From Psammoneis japonica (lineage: Eukaryota), in NCBI GenBank assembly GCA_008632985.1, contig QPGO01000127.1, forward strand, positions 1 to 64,000: DNA of 64,000 bases. Reading direction: 5' to 3'. The notes beneath the pieces were generated by a model. It saw only the letters and a list, made by a program, of their open reading frames with translations, did not search any database and had not been told where the DNA came from. Position 1 is the stretch's first letter. Each line of letters starts with the position of its first letter. Made by a program: the position numbers and the translations under genes. Shown one piece after another: positions 48,025-62,129 of the stretch.

Positions 48025-50837
48025 GCTTGCTGCAGACCTTGCTGGGAGGTGTTCTGGTGCCCAGGAAAGTTCATCAGGTAAACAACAAGCAGTGCTGGAG
48101 ACAACAGCAGCAGCTGCTTCACTGTGCTGGTTGAAAGCTGAGAGCAAGACAAGCCCACTGCTGAGAGACAAATCTCTGGCAAGTGCAGAGCGACCATCTC
48201 CACAACAACCAACCCACCCAGCGCTGCTGCTGAAGCAGCTGAAGCAGAGTGTGGTTGTTTGGGAATGCACGCAGGTCTTCAAAACTGCAGCCAAGTCATC
48301 AAATCAATGACAAAATCAACATGGTGCAAAACAATTTGCCTCAAAAGGCAATGGATGGAAAGACAGACACAAAACAGAAGGACTTCTCTCATCTCTGTTG
48401 AGTGACACCAGACAGATGACCCCTGCCTCCCTCTCATTCACAGGTGTCAACAATCAACAACAAAGTTGCAAAACCAAAGTTCTTGCACAACTGGCACAAC
48501 AACTGGCTGGTGCAACAAGTCCAGGGGACAACTCCTGCATCTCACCTGAGCCACAGCATGTGGCAAGCATGCAAGAAATGCTCCCAAAAATCTGCCAGCC
48601 TTTGGCCTGTTCCAGCCCCAGGTGACCCGCATTCCATCATGCAAGAGGCCAATTTTCTGCACAGTTTGCTGGCACATCAAAACTCCTTCAAATTTGATTG
48701 TTTAAAAAACAACAAAAAGGTGAAGGCACATAAAAATTTAAAGTTGTGTGTGCATTCATCCTTCAATTTGGAAAAAAAAGATTTTGAAGGAGAGTTTGCG
48801 TTGTGCCAAATGCAAAAACAATGGGCCACCAGTGATGGTGGATTGTGTGTGCCTGTGTGGGACACCTGGAGCAGCTGGAACAGGCCCTTTGATCCTCAAC
48901 AGAAAAAACAGTTGGGTCAATCAGTCAACTCCATTTGACTGCAACAAACTCATCACCATGGGACCAAAACCAGTGCTGCTGAAGACATGACAAAGTGCTG
49001 GGGGTTTGGTTGGTGACATGATGCGGTGTTTGGTGTCACCAGCAGGTGGAGTGCAGCATTGCCAAAAAGTGGGGGCTTGGGTTTTCAAAAGCAGTGAGAA
49101 AACAGCTGACAGCATCCAAGACAGTGGCGAGCTGCAAAAAAATGTGCGAGAGGTCACAGCAGGTGACAGAGGCACTTGTCAGATTTGGGCTCGTGTGCCA
49201 TGCGGTGCACAGATGCTCACTCACACTTTGTGAAAGAGGGGCCCATGAAGCCGCAGGCCTGGCACATTGTCTGTTCCTCACTTGGCTGCGAGATGCATGC
49301 ACCACAATTTGTGCAGAAGACTTGATCATTGCAAATTGCAAAATCATCACACAGAACAACAACTCAACAATGATGGTTTCCTGTTCCCTCTCAATGGTGT
49401 GTTTTGGGAATGCCATCATCACACATCATGTCGGAATGAACAACGGAAAAGAAAAGTGCAGCAAGTCAGCAGTGCAGTCAGCCAGCATGCATCGGAACAA
49501 ACAACAAAAAAAAAACAGCAAGTGGAGAGCACAGTGATCCTTGCAGGATGCAGGAGCACAAGATGAGATGAATGGTTGCGTGCCACCATGGTTGAGAACA
49601 CCTTGTCATGTTGGGACACAGTTCTGTGGGGGACAGGACAAGGAGTTGGTGTTGCTCTTCCTGTCTCTTTGGTGTGCACCAATTCTTTCCAATTGTTTCT
49701 TGATGCCATTGGCTTGTTTCCTTGATCTTTGGGTGGAACCACAGGTTCTCATGAAAGCAGATGCACCTTGCGCCATAGAGTCAATTGAAGCAGGGTGAAG
49801 AATTCCTTGCATCAAGCGTTTTGCACTGCTGCCGTTGCAGATTGCTGCGGGTGCGGGAGTTGACAGAGCCTTGAGGCCCAGTGGCAGTTGTGACTGTTCA
49901 GCATGTGCTTGTTGTCATGCAAAAAATAATTGAACGCCAACATGAGTTGAGCATCCAGACACCATGGCCAAGCCAAAATGCAAACGGCTGCAAGTCTTGG
50001 GCTGAGGACAAACCACCGCTGGTCATGTGGTCGAGACTCTCACGCAAAACCAATGTTGTGAAGAAAGATGCAAAGTGAACGCAATTTCATTTTCAAACAT
50101 GCTTCTAGTTTAGAGAAGAACATGGAACAATGATCATCACTCCAAAGCAACCATTGTTTCTTTCAAGGCTGGCGACTTCCCCACCCAAGAGTTGCCGCAT
50201 CGTGATCGTTCGAAAGGACAGCAGCACAACACACCATCAGAGTTGCCTTTGTCATTGTTGAATCGTTCAATGCATGAGTTAACCTTGGCTTGAACCTCAT
50301 CAGGTGAGGTCTTGGGCCTCTTTGCACTCTGTCGGCGGCAGCAGCAAAATAGCAAAAATGCACGAGAACGAGTGATGTCAAAATGGTTCATTAAATCAAA
50401 ACTGGGAAGCTGCATCGCATTATAGATGCTTTCTAATGGGGATGTTAGACACAATAATGCACCGATGCAGCCTCCCACATCAACATTGACGACGTCGCAA
50501 CAGCAAACTCACCATGGTTGAGGGCACACATTTGCCACACAAAAAGTACGAGGAATTCGGATGGCGGACGAACATTGAAGAAAATATTTTAGTCGAATTA
50601 TTCCAGCTTAATGATCACCCCCAGCCACGTACCGGTAGCAGAAGTTTCACCGCAGTGCATACTACATACAGTACATACAGAGATCTACAGTATCTATCAC
50701 TTCTTTATGTATGCTGTCCGTCCGTCGCTCACTCATCGACTGCGGGACAGCGGTCCGAAATTTTCAGAAACGTTATTTTGCCGTTACCAATGATCACTAC
50801 GTTTTCAGCTCACTCTGCTCAACGCACAATTGTTACC

Positions 50838-53059
50838 ATGGTGTCGGTCAAGAAAAAGAAACGCCCACCGCCCTACGGCGTCACTACTCGTCTTAAAAAC
50901 AGGCTCTCTTTGTTATTGATTTCGATTGTGGTGATTTTAGTAGTGACAAAAATCATGTCCTCCAATGTTAAAACAGCAAACAAGGTAACGCTCCAAGCCG
51001 CCAATCGCATCATGACGGCTGCACCGTGGTTGATTCCTTCCGAACAACTTGCCAACTTGTATGGGCACGTTTTGCAACAAGAAGAAGTGACTGTAGGACA
51101 GACTAGTATCTTTGGGCCACAACATTCTCAACAGAGTAGTAGTATTACTGGTCGATTTTATTCTCTGGATGAACGGCACGCGTACATGCAACACTATGGA
51201 GATCAGTGTCTGGCCGGATTATTCCAGCGATATATGGAATTACCCACGCTGCATCAGACTGAGATTTGGAAGTGGTGTTATTTCTATTTAAAACACGGCA
51301 ATGTCTATCTAGAAGCAGACAATGTTGTGTTGTTGCAAGAGTTATCCGAAATTATTACAAAACAACAACGAGCGGTGGGAATACGGATTGAAGGAGAATC
51401 GCGCATTCACGGTTCGCTCTTGAAATTGCCAATTTCGTCCAATTTACCACTGTACATGCTTCAAAAACTCCTAAAAGTACCCGTTTCGTTTTTGAAGAGG
51501 GACTTGTTTTGGGCTCAGCGAACGCTCTACGATGCGATTCACAACAATCACGATTGGACGCTGTACAAGGCGTCTTGTTTGGAATTGCACGATGGCTTCT
51601 ACCAACCACAACAGAGCAGTGTGCTACTGCAAGAACCCAAAGTGCTTTCCGTACAAGAAAAAATGATGCAAGTCTTGAAACAACAACCACACGCTTCTTC
51701 CTTTACAACAAGTCGTCTTCCTCCGACACACGGCAAGACGACTACCTGTCCCGTCAAGGGTGGGTATTGTTGTCAAGTCTCTTTGGAGGACACACCCATC
51801 CTGTTGCTTCGACACCCAGGTCCTTCTATCGAACAACAACAGTCTTCTTCTGATGATGATGAAGATTACAATTCCGTCGTGACGCTGGAAAAAACCGGAC
51901 TACAACCCAACGATGACATGACGCTATCCTTTTTTGACATTGCGTTACAAAATGATTGTTTGGACGCCACCATGGAATGTCACAAGTGTTTAAAGTCCAC
52001 AAAGCGAGGAACCTGTCGCGTCTGCAAAGAGTCGTGCCCGTGTTATTGCAATATCTTGTGTAAGATTCGTCCACCACCCAAACCAATCACCATGTTGTAC
52101 AGGGTATCACCACCTAAATCAAAAGGGACGCGTCCCGACTCATTCCCCGCATCATCCATCAAACGTGGTACGAAGATGTCACGCCGGAAAAGTATCCCAA
52201 CATGTCCGCTTGATTGAATCGTGGAAACGATCCGGATGGGAGTATTACTTTTACAATGACGACGTGGCGGGGGAATTCTTGCAAGAGCACTTTCCACCGC
52301 ACGTACGAGAAGCCTACGATGCCCTTTTGCCGGGAGCCTTCAAGGCGGACTTGTTTCGGTATTGCGTCTTGTTGATACGGGGTGGTGTGTACGCCGATAT
52401 GGATGTCTTGCTCGAATCCAATCTCGACGAGGCCATTGGCCCCGACGTGGGCTTCATGACACCCCAGGATGAACCGGGCATCAAGGTGGGACACCGGAGT
52501 TGTCTGTGGAACGGACTGTTGGCCGTGGCACCCGGACACGTGTTTTTGGCCAAGACGATTGAAATGGTGGTCAATCATGTACGGAATCGATTCACATCGA
52601 TCGACTATGACGACATGCTTTGTCCCGATCCGGCCTTGTCCGTCTCGCACACGGTCGATACGCTTTTTGTGTGCGGACCGTGCATTTTGGGTGCCGGGAT
52701 CAATGCCGTGTTGCATCGCATTTGCAAGCAGAATTTGAAATTGGTGAAGTGATTTATTTGAAAATTCCAGAGAGGTCCATCCGGACGATCCGCGCTTGAG
52801 CATTCCCGGACGAACGATTATTTTGCAACAAAACAAGGATGACATGGGTGCGCATCGATTTACTCTAGTTGAAAAGTCCCTCGTGGTGGCGGCGACCGAC
52901 ATGCCCGATTACGATGATAGACCGTCCCATATCAAGCACTATTCCGATACACACGAAAAGGTGGGTGTTTATGGACTCAAGAATTTGTACACCAATTCGC
53001 AACGTGCCAATGAAGAGATTCAGATTGTAGTGGAACAAACAGCAGAAGCGATAATGTAG
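50838..53059 (+). CDS. GT32 (Och1-like, DXD) glycosyltransferase, type II membrane; frameshifts near 52130 and 52730
   Basis: GAFKADLFRYCVLLIRGGVYADMD, LWNGLLAVAPGH; N-terminal TM; degenerate first GT32-like domain (EIWKWC..GNVYLEAD). Confidence 0.85.
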
Positions 53060-53158
53060 TAAATGTGGCAAGTTAGAGTTGCATACGCTTGACTCAGTTG
53101 TGTAGAACGATTTCGTTCCGACATGTACGTGATTGTTTTTGTTTTTACCTGCGACTGT

Positions 53159-56100
53159 TCAAGGCACGGCTGCCTCGAGAAATGCTGCGACGGCATCCCG
53201 ATCGCGGGCGAGACGAGCAGCATTTGTCCTAACGGCCTCCAAACCTTGTTCTAGCCTCCTCTGTCCAGCACCTGCTGGATGGGCAGGGTCGGCAAAGAAC
53301 GCTTCAACTTCGTCTGCCTCCTCCAACGTCCTGAGTCCTCGACAAGTAAGTCCAATCATGGATCCCCAAAGGACGTGTCCGGCTATGAAGCGTGCAGCGA
53401 GATTGTCAAAGTCATTCTTGAAATTCTGCCAGCACTTTTGGCCGCCCTCATCCGTTGTGGTAGCAAGGCCGTTGAGAACAAAGGAAATATCTTGGAAGCG
53501 TACCTTGCCAGAGTAGAGGGCATAGTCCAGCACGGCCGCGTGTCTGTCGGCATCCTTGACCCGGCCCAGGACCGAGAGGCAGCTTCTTTGAATGCCAGGG
53601 TCTGAGTTCTCCTCGTAAATGTGCTTGAGCTTGGCACAAACGTATTCCTCATCGGCTCGAAGGGCCGTTCTAAACACAGCGGTCCTCAAATCGCCGTCGA
53701 TAGCGTTGGCTACCGGATCCTCGTCGTAGGCCTTGAATCTCTTTAGTGCTTCCAAGCAAACTGTTTCGTTTCCGGCCACCCCCATCATGCCAATGATTGT
53801 CGAGCGCAGCGTCCCCGTGCGTTGATCGTCTTCAGGCTTAACATTCCAACCGATTGCATCCATTTGCTTGGTGTAAATGTGATCAAGAATTGTTGCAGCT
53901 TTGGAAAAAAGGGTTCGGCCCTGTAGAGAATGGAGAGTGCTGCAAGATTCTCTGACATTCCTGCCAAACAGCATACTCTGCAACGTCATGTTCTCCGAAA
54001 TCCTTACCAGAGCAGAGAATCCACAATGGAAGCGTAACCTGCTCGCCCGGCCGCAAAGAATCTGAGATCAATCCAAGGCGGTCAGTGGCCGACAGCGGGC
54101 CAGATGGGGACATTGCTGAGCTGAGCTTTCTCCACTGTTCACTGTGTAGGACACGCGGAAGAACGCTTCCTGCTTGGCATTCAGCTTGAACCACTTTTCA
54201 GCAGCTGTCCATTCGGCAATCCTGTCAAGTAGAGCAGGTGTCTCATCGCCGTTTGGCCCATTGATGAGCCAAGGACCCTGACTTCAGCCATATCCTGAAC
54301 AATCGCAGTGACAGGGATAGGCCAGGACGTAGTACTGTCATCATCTGGAGCACTACTGCCGGGGCCACCAGCAAGATAGCGTGGGCATGCAAGCTCATTG
54401 CCGTCCTCGGGTAGAATGACGATGGGATAACCGACCTGTAGAGTCCATGGAAGTGCAAGCTGGACAACTGGCTTGCCAGATGCATCTTCCATTGCCTGCC
54501 AAAAGTCGACCGAGACGGTGTTGCCGTACTTGTGCTTCTCGAGGTACTGTCGTATGCCTTTCAAGAAAGTTTCAAAACCCACGTAGGACGAAATCATGCG
54601 AATTACCGAGGCGCCCTTGGCGTACGAAATGGTGTCAAAGATCTCACCAATCTCATCTGCAGACTGGACTTCAACCTCAACCGGATGAGAAGAAATCATT
54701 GCGTCAAGATTCAGCGCAATGCCATAGACGCCTTGGGTAAACTCCTCCCAGGCATTCCACTCGGGAAAGATGTTATCAATACCCACAAACTCGAGGTATC
54801 GCGCAACGCCCTCCTTGAGCCAGAGCTGCGTCCAAAAGTCCGGCGTTACGAGATTGCCGTGCCATTGATGAGCTAGCTCGTGGCAAACAGTGCGGGCAAT
54901 GCCTCGTTTCATTGATTCCGACGTTGATCCCTCTCGGACCAAGATCTTGGCTTCTCTATAGGTAACGAGTCCCCAGTTCTGAAGGCGACAACAGGGGTTA
55001 GCAACTACGGAGTGCAGAACAAGGCAGTTTGTAAGGCTGAAATATACAAAGAAATCTCACCTCCATTGCCCCGGCAGCGAAATCGGGAACTGCCACCAAA
55101 TCCGATTTGGACAAGGGATAATTAACGCCAAATAGGGTTGCGTATAGCTCGAGGCACTTGCTGGCAACGTCGAGACAAAATCGACCCTAGCGTGCGAAAA
55201 GTGTAAAATTTATTATGGAAAGAATGAGTGATTGCGGAGATCGTATTGTTGAAAGTCGATCGCGTTGTCCCCATAACACTTTCACTTACCTCCTGTGACT
55301 TGCCAGGGACAGTGTAACGGTAGTAGTAACACCAGCTGTCGCCCCCTTGGTTGGTGTGGTTGATATGCCATCCAATTCGGCAACAATCAACGCAACCAAA
55401 TACGTGGACATTTTAGGCGTCACATCAAACTCATAAGTCGTTTTCACAACACAAACCACACTTCCATCGGCATTCTTTCGTCCCAACAGGGGTTCCGTGG
55501 ATGTATACTCGTTGAGGATGGGTGTATTGGAGTATGCCTTGAGTCCTGGCCGAGTTGGGTCTTGAACTAGAGTTATCGTGAGCTTGAATGTTGCCTTTAG
55601 GGCGGCTCGTCAAAGCACGGGAACGCTCGGCGGGCATCTGTAAGGTAGGGAAGAAAGACGGAAACAATAGGCAAGATATTGTTGATTTCGAGTCAACGTC
55701 ACACAGATACGTTTGCGCACAAACATACCAGTCGGTTCAAACTGAGTAGTGGCGATGGTCAACTCTCGTCCATCCAATGCGGTATAGGTAGATCGGTACA
55801 AGCCATGCATCAAATCATTTAGGATTCCTTGAAAGCGCAATACAAGCTTTCCGCTCGAAGATGGCTGGATAGAGTTTGATGGGAAAATAAGAGCACAGGT
55901 CTGCGTCGGATTGTGGTACCTAAATTCATAAGCTTGTGAGGCTGTACCTTCCGCTCCACTACCATCATCACAAGGTTGGTAGGTGGCACTCAGAATATCC
56001 AGTTCAATGGCATGCAAGAGGATGACATTATCCCCATCAGCACCCGTCACTGACACGGACGCTGAGATGTCAACGTCAATTGACACCTGTCCTGAAAACG

Positions 56101-56212
56101 TGTGGCGTTCGAGATCAATCGATTGGTAGTGCAAATCATAGTGACGTGGGATGGCTGTCGGATATAGCCGTCCTGGTCCTGGTGGTAGAGTTAGTTTTGT
56201 GTTGCCGCTCAT
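53159..56212 (-). CDS. M1 family (puromycin-sensitive-like) aminopeptidase, multi-exon, with apparent frameshifts
   Basis: PRHYDL, TQFEP, MSTYLVA, GAME|NWG split by a GT-AG intron (54979-55060), HELAHQW..WLKEG, YAKG, ERAP1-like C-terminus. Confidence 0.93.
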
Positions 56213-56319
56213 CCTCTCATGGTGAATGCGGCCCCTGATTTTTTTTTTCTGCATCCATCAGCCATCATGGCGTCAGTGCGCGGCGCCGCGTCCATAGCGT
56301 CGTCGATTTACACGACTCA

Positions 56320-57330
56320 AGGGGGCACGCAGAGAGCATCTCTTGCTTCATGGGTGAGTGTCTTCGGACTCAAGAATTTGTGCACCAACCTGGAACGGGC
56401 CAATGAAGAGATTCAGGTTGTGGCAGTGAAATGCAGCAGCAGAAAAAGCGCACATGGTGCTGAACGATGCGGAGCAATGCAGAGCACAGAATTTGCTCAC
56501 TCTTGATGCTGGTGGTGGGCTTTGACTTGCACATCACCTGGACTCCAAAATGACAGGGCTGCATGTGCAAAAGAGAGCTGCGCACTGCAGTCACTGGCTG
56601 CAGCTCCACGTGGTGTAGAGCACACAGAGTTTGGTGCACTCATGATGATGGCTGGCTTCAACTGGTGGCAACCTGGGCTCTGAATTGACAGGGCTGCACG
56701 AGATTGAAAGATTCCACAATTGAGTTGTCACTGTGCTCTGCAAAAATGACACAACACATGCTGACTGCAGCTTCAAGCCAAAGCACCAAAACACCACAAA
56801 CATGGTGGTGCATGGCTGGACTTGCAGAGGGGGCACAATTTTCCAGTGGAGCAATGGCGTTTTGCATGGCAGCACCACCACATCTAGAAACAACCATGTC
56901 ATGACACCGGTGGTGATGCAATGGTGCTGGTGGCCATCTTTCAATGTCTGAGTCTCCCGCCAGCAGGAGCAAGCATGGCGGAGTGGAGACTTTTAAATTG
57001 AATGCCAACAGCACAGAACCACCAAGAAGTTGGAGCTGATGTTCATGTGCAGAGCACATGTGGTGAGACATGCCATCTCACATCAAGAAGTTGATTTCTG
57101 GGTTCCATGATCATGCCAAGCTCTGACCAAGGCCACAACCAAAAAGCTCGTGGCCGTGTTCATCATCAGGAGCGAGAGTGCTCTCAAAAAGAAAAACTCA
57201 AATGGGTCATTTTTCCATGGTTGTTGGTGCCCAGTTGGAAGATTTCGAGCATGTGAGGAGCTGTGCAACACATGCAAACATTTGCGACACTTTCTTTCTA
57301 AATGCCTTGTGATGAGCTTCGATCGCGGTG
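56320..57330. other. Small TpA-depleted patch with a copy of the GT32 3' end and other degenerate gene fragments
   Basis: 56350-56425 translates VFGLKNLCTNLERANEEIQVV vs VYGLKNLYTNSQRANEEIQIV in the intact gene; minus-strand LAGDSDIERW may be an SGNH-like remnant. Confidence 0.75.
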
Positions 57331-57595
57331 GTGATAGTTCTCGTTTTTTTCGTGCGCGATCGGGTGAGACTATGAATAATTCTTGTATTCAAAAATAAAC
57401 ACTCTATAAAAACCTTATTCAAATGCAACGGTAATTCTAGGATTTATTTCCGGGATGTTCCTCATCAGTCGTGCTTTGGCAGCAGTAGCTGCACGTTTCA
57501 ATTTCAATTCTTTCGTGTTTTTATGGCACTCTCACAACTCAGAAAAACACTGAACGAACACACGTTTCGTTCGACTTTACCGAAGAGCAACAACC

Positions 57596-59485
57596 ATGGT
57601 CAAGCGCAAAATCAAGTCCACTTTCCGCGACTCCGTTGTGGCGGACTACAACACAATGAAGCTCGGGGAGAACGGATTCCCCGAGTACACCGAGATAGGA
57701 CTGGGTTCCAAGGTCCTTGTAATTTCCCAACTTGTCCGAGGGGGCGACCCAACCAGTGCCACGAATGAAATCCTTGTCCATGGAACAGCCGAGGACGTCG
57801 TCGATCTCATCCTCTTGCTCTTTGTGACCCGCAACACGCGAGGGGGCAAGGGTGAGAAGGATCTGGCATACAAAATCTTCCTTCGAGTCTGGAAGACACT
57901 TCCAGAGACAGCAAGCAAGCTGCTCCCCCTCTTTGTCCACTGCGGCTGCTGGAAGGACCTGCTGCATCTCATGTCACTAGCTACGGGTGACCCTGAGGCG
58001 ACCGGACTTGCCGACGCGGCCCTGACAATCATGAAGGACCAGTTTGTCAAGGACATGGCCACTCTCGATGCACACAAGCTCAAGCTGGTCGCAGCAAAGA
58101 ATGAGAGTGAACGTAAGGAACTCCGTCGGAAGGGACCTGCACTGAGTCTGCTTGCCAAGTGGCTCCCTCGTGAGCGGTCCAAGTTTGACAAGGAATTGGA
58201 CTTTGTCAACCGTTTCGCCAAGCTTGTCTGGCCCGATCTTCGTGAGCCCGACGAGTCGACAACATGGCAGTCCAACGGCAAGTCCAAGTACCGCCGGGCA
58301 GCGGCAGAACTCACGGCCTACTTTGAGCTCCCCGAGGTACTTCTTTCACTTCAGCGAGCTGACGAAATCAATTTTCACAAGCTTGCATCCAAGGCGACGT
58401 TTCGCTTGACAAAGGCCCTCCTGAACGAGGACAAAACGGGTAACCAGCGCTCTGATGACCCCAAGCGAATTCGCCTGGCGACCTTGTTCATAAGCATCTG
58501 GCCAAGAGCGGAGTCAAGGGAGGTCAGGTTATGCCGCATGAGATCGTCCACAAGATTCTCTATGGTGGCCGAATTTCCCGATCCGAGGAGCTTGTGCTCG
58601 ATGCACAGTGGAAGGACATGGTCAAGACCGTCGTCGATCAAGTCAAGACAAAGGCCGAAAGCGACGGACTGGATTTCAATCCGACAGAGATGGTGCCTCT
58701 GTCAGATGTATCTGGATCCATGAGTGGAGTTCCTATGGAAGTCTCCATAGCCCTTGGTATTCTCATCTCAGAGATCACTCACGAGGCCTTTCGCAACATG
58801 GTCCTGACATTCGAGAGTAATCCACGGTGGCACCACCTCGTCCCAACTGATGGCATTGTGCAGAAGGTTCGAAGCCTCGCGAAGGCACCATGGGGTGGAT
58901 CAACTAACTTTCTCGGTGCTTATCGGCTCATCCTTGATGTAGCACGAAATCATCAACTGACATGGGACGAGTTGCCCACACTGATTGTCTTTTCAGACAT
59001 GCAGTTCAACGAGGCTGCGCTGGGGTACGGATATCGCTCCGAGAATACTACTGAGATGGCCGATGTCCAAAAGACGATCGAATCTGAGTTCGCTGCAACC
59101 GGTCGATCTCTTGGCTGGTCGGAGCTGAAGCCCAAGCCGACTGTCTACTGGAATCTTCGAAACACGGGCGGACATCCCGTGCAGAATGACACGGAAGGCG
59201 CCATTCTCTTGGCTGGGTTTAGTCCTTCGTTGCTCAAGCTGGTCATGAACGGTGAGGCCATGACCGAGCAAGAGGTTGAGGTCGTCAACAGCGACGGAAC
59301 GGTGACAACGGAGAAGGTGCGACTGACACCCGCCAGATACTGCGCACATGTTGGACGACTCTCTGTACGACCCAGTGCGCGCCATCCTAGCATCCAGTGC
59401 AGAAGGGGTGCTGAACGAGTACACTCCACCTGTTCATCCAGATTCCATGGACATTGACGACTTTGCTCTTGTGCCATCCATATAA
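57596..59485 (+). CDS. DUF2828-family / vWA-domain protein; frameshifts near 58495 and 59335
   Basis: RNTRGGKGEK, GCWKDL, SLLAKWLPRE, LMPHEIV, MIDAS-like DVSGSM, WGGSTNF, VFSDMQF, YWNLR, GFSP. Confidence 0.88.
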
Positions 59486-59537
59486 ACTAGTCTTCTAATG
59501 TATCTACACACCCACGTCTTGACATGCTTTCGTCAGA

Positions 59538-60560
59538 TCATAGTTGAGAGTCTGTAAGCAGCGCGCACATTGCCAAGCCAACCAACCGAAAGGGGTGGCC
59601 CTTGGATTCAATACCCTTGAGATCGACAGAGTTCGAATCCCTTGACACTGCCTCCACCCATTGTGTCCAAGTGACATGCTCCTCGGACCAGCGACGGTTT
59701 AGTGGGTTGATGACGCCTGGTGACACATGACTGTCGACGGTGACCTGCACCATGGGATACACTGAAGGATTGCCCTGGTCATAAAGACGGATACCAATGG
59801 CATCTCTTGCTGAATACCTGAAGTAAACTGCACCCGTGCGTGGTCGATTATTTGTATACATACGTATCTGGTGCACCTTCAGTCACCGCCCTCCACTCAG
59901 CTGCGACGGCTTGGTACGGTTCCAGACAAGAACCAGTTGGCGCAAACGTCTCCTCCGTCCAGTCGCCGCTGCGCTGAAGTTGTAGTGGACGATGAGACAA
60001 CCGAGCTTCCAAGGTGGAAAGCACTTGTTGCGTAACCCATCGATGCCCGAGCGGCGATAGTGGTGATGTTCATTCGTAAAGTACTCGACTATTTCTTGAT
60101 AGTTCATGGTATCCACTGTTCTAGGCATTTGTATGAAGTGACCAAAAGACGAAACCAAGTCGTACAATCCTTGCTGCTTGGCTCGAGTCATGCGACAGTT
60201 CTCCCCAACGCATTTGGACCACCCTGGTCGTCGATTGGAGCACAAGTCAGTGTAAATCAAGAGGGCATCGGGATAACGCCGTCGTAACATTTCCAGCAAT
60301 AAGTTTGCGCCGGTCAAGCCCGTGATGGAAAACTCCAAGGTGATAGCATCATAATTTGGATCCTGCATACTACCCTCGTAGACTTTGCGCGCTCTTGACG
60401 CTTTTACTTTCGACGTGCACTAGCATATCACTTAGATTCAAAAATTCAGGGACCGTACACCTCGATGTCCGATCTTGCTCCTCCACTTATTCGGTTGACC
60501 TCATTATATTTCTACTATGGGACATTTTTTGGGCGGTGCCCTTACATGCACACTGGATAA
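59538..60560 (-). CDS. Hypothetical protein, fragmented by frameshifts or introns
   Basis: Collinear Tyr-containing ORFs at 59883-60368 and 59538-59876; no family recognised. Confidence 0.4.
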
Positions 60561-60614
60561 CTTGCACTGGAGGCTCTTCCACGTATAAGCACTATAGACA
60601 AATGACAGAGGTTT

Positions 60615-61890
60615 TCAACACAATGACACACCGACATAAATAGTCAAAGACGATACACTGGACCAGAGAAAAAGGTTCATCTTGTGTTGTTTCGGTCCAG
60701 CACTGGTCGTTGGAGCAGCCGTTGGAGCGGCCGTCGGCGCGGATGTGATTGCAACCGTTGGCGTGTCGGACGGAATGTCAGCTGGCATTGTGGAGCCGTT
60801 GCGTGTCGGACGGAATGTCAGCTGGCATTGTGGGTGAAGCCGTTGTCGCAGATGTTGGTGTAGCCGCTGGCGTGTCGGTCGGAATGACAGAGACGGCTCG
60901 GTAGTCGAAGTGGGTGTATGTTTGATTCGTAATATTCGTTGCATTCAGTTCTTCATCAAACACCTGAGATATGCTGTTAAGGCTGTAATCAAAAGCCGGA
61001 AAGACGATCTGGTTGAAGAAAATGTCAGCGTCACAGCTTGCGCCCACACAGATGGGTATATTCTTGGAGGGATAGCTGATAAACGCAGAAGTGTTGCTTC
61101 CGTCTTCTAGGATAGTGGTCTCTAAGCTCGTGTAGATGTCATCGAAGGAATAGAGGTATCCACCAGCGTCTTCACAGAGTGGCACCAACTCGCTGTTGAG
61201 GTCGGCAAAGTCGCAATCTTCCATAGTGGAGGTAATGTTGCAATACAGATCCGAATCAATCTTGTCCCCAAAGACATAACTTCCTGAACCAAGGCCCTCT
61301 CCAACATCTGATTCGGCTCTGTCAAGTTGAAACAAGACACGTGTCTCTTCTCGACAAGTATCGCTGAGAGCAAATGGGATCGGTTCGGCCTGGTAGGGTT
61401 CCGCCACCGGCACCACGCAATAGAGGGGATTTTCAATCACAGACAGATAAGTCTCAACGTCGCAGCTGGGTCCGATACACAAGGGAAGGTCAATCTCTTT
61501 AAAAACACCCGCATCAAAGCAGTTGGCGCTACCATTGATGCTGTACATCTGACCCCCGTAAAACTCACAGGCGGGCTTCATCATGTCTCGGAGCTCAGTG
61601 TAGGTGCAGGAAGGTTGCGTTGCTTCTTCGTCGCAGGAAAAGAAATTTTCATAATCCTTCCTTCCATCACCTTCGTCATCAACGAAGAAGAAGTAAACAC
61701 CGTCAAAATAGAGATCGTTGGCGTTCATGTTGCCGAGACTATCTAACTCTTGGAGGATTTCGTTTTCTTCGGTACAAGCTGTGGCATTAACTTGGAGGAA
61801 ACGGCGTCGATCCCGGCGTCCGACGAAAGGACGCATGCTCATAACAGGAGCAATGCAGGCGAGGACAAAGATGCTACGTAGGAGTGCCAT
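60615..61890 (-). CDS. Secreted/cell-surface protein with two Cys-containing repeats, a Pro/Thr/Ala stalk and hydrophobic C-terminus
   Basis: Signal peptide MALLRSIFVLACIA; repeated C(E)..GG..Y..LP.C.G.SCD; TAAPTAAP tract and hydrophobic tail in the 60615-60944 frame. Confidence 0.75.
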
Positions 61891-62129
61891 CTTTAGCAGT
61901 TTCTTTTCTAGATTCGACACAACTGAAATGAAAAGGTGCATCTTAGGATGTCTTATGTTCTCTCCATCTCTCGTCTCGCTTTGTTGTTCTGTTCGTTTTT
62001 TTTTGCTTGCGGACAACGCGATCTTTGGGTTCAACAACGCGCGAGCGAGCGTCACCGAGATTCGCTGGACACAGCCGAACACCGAACACCGACCGACTGC
62101 AGAACGCCATCTCCGACGACCGACCGACC

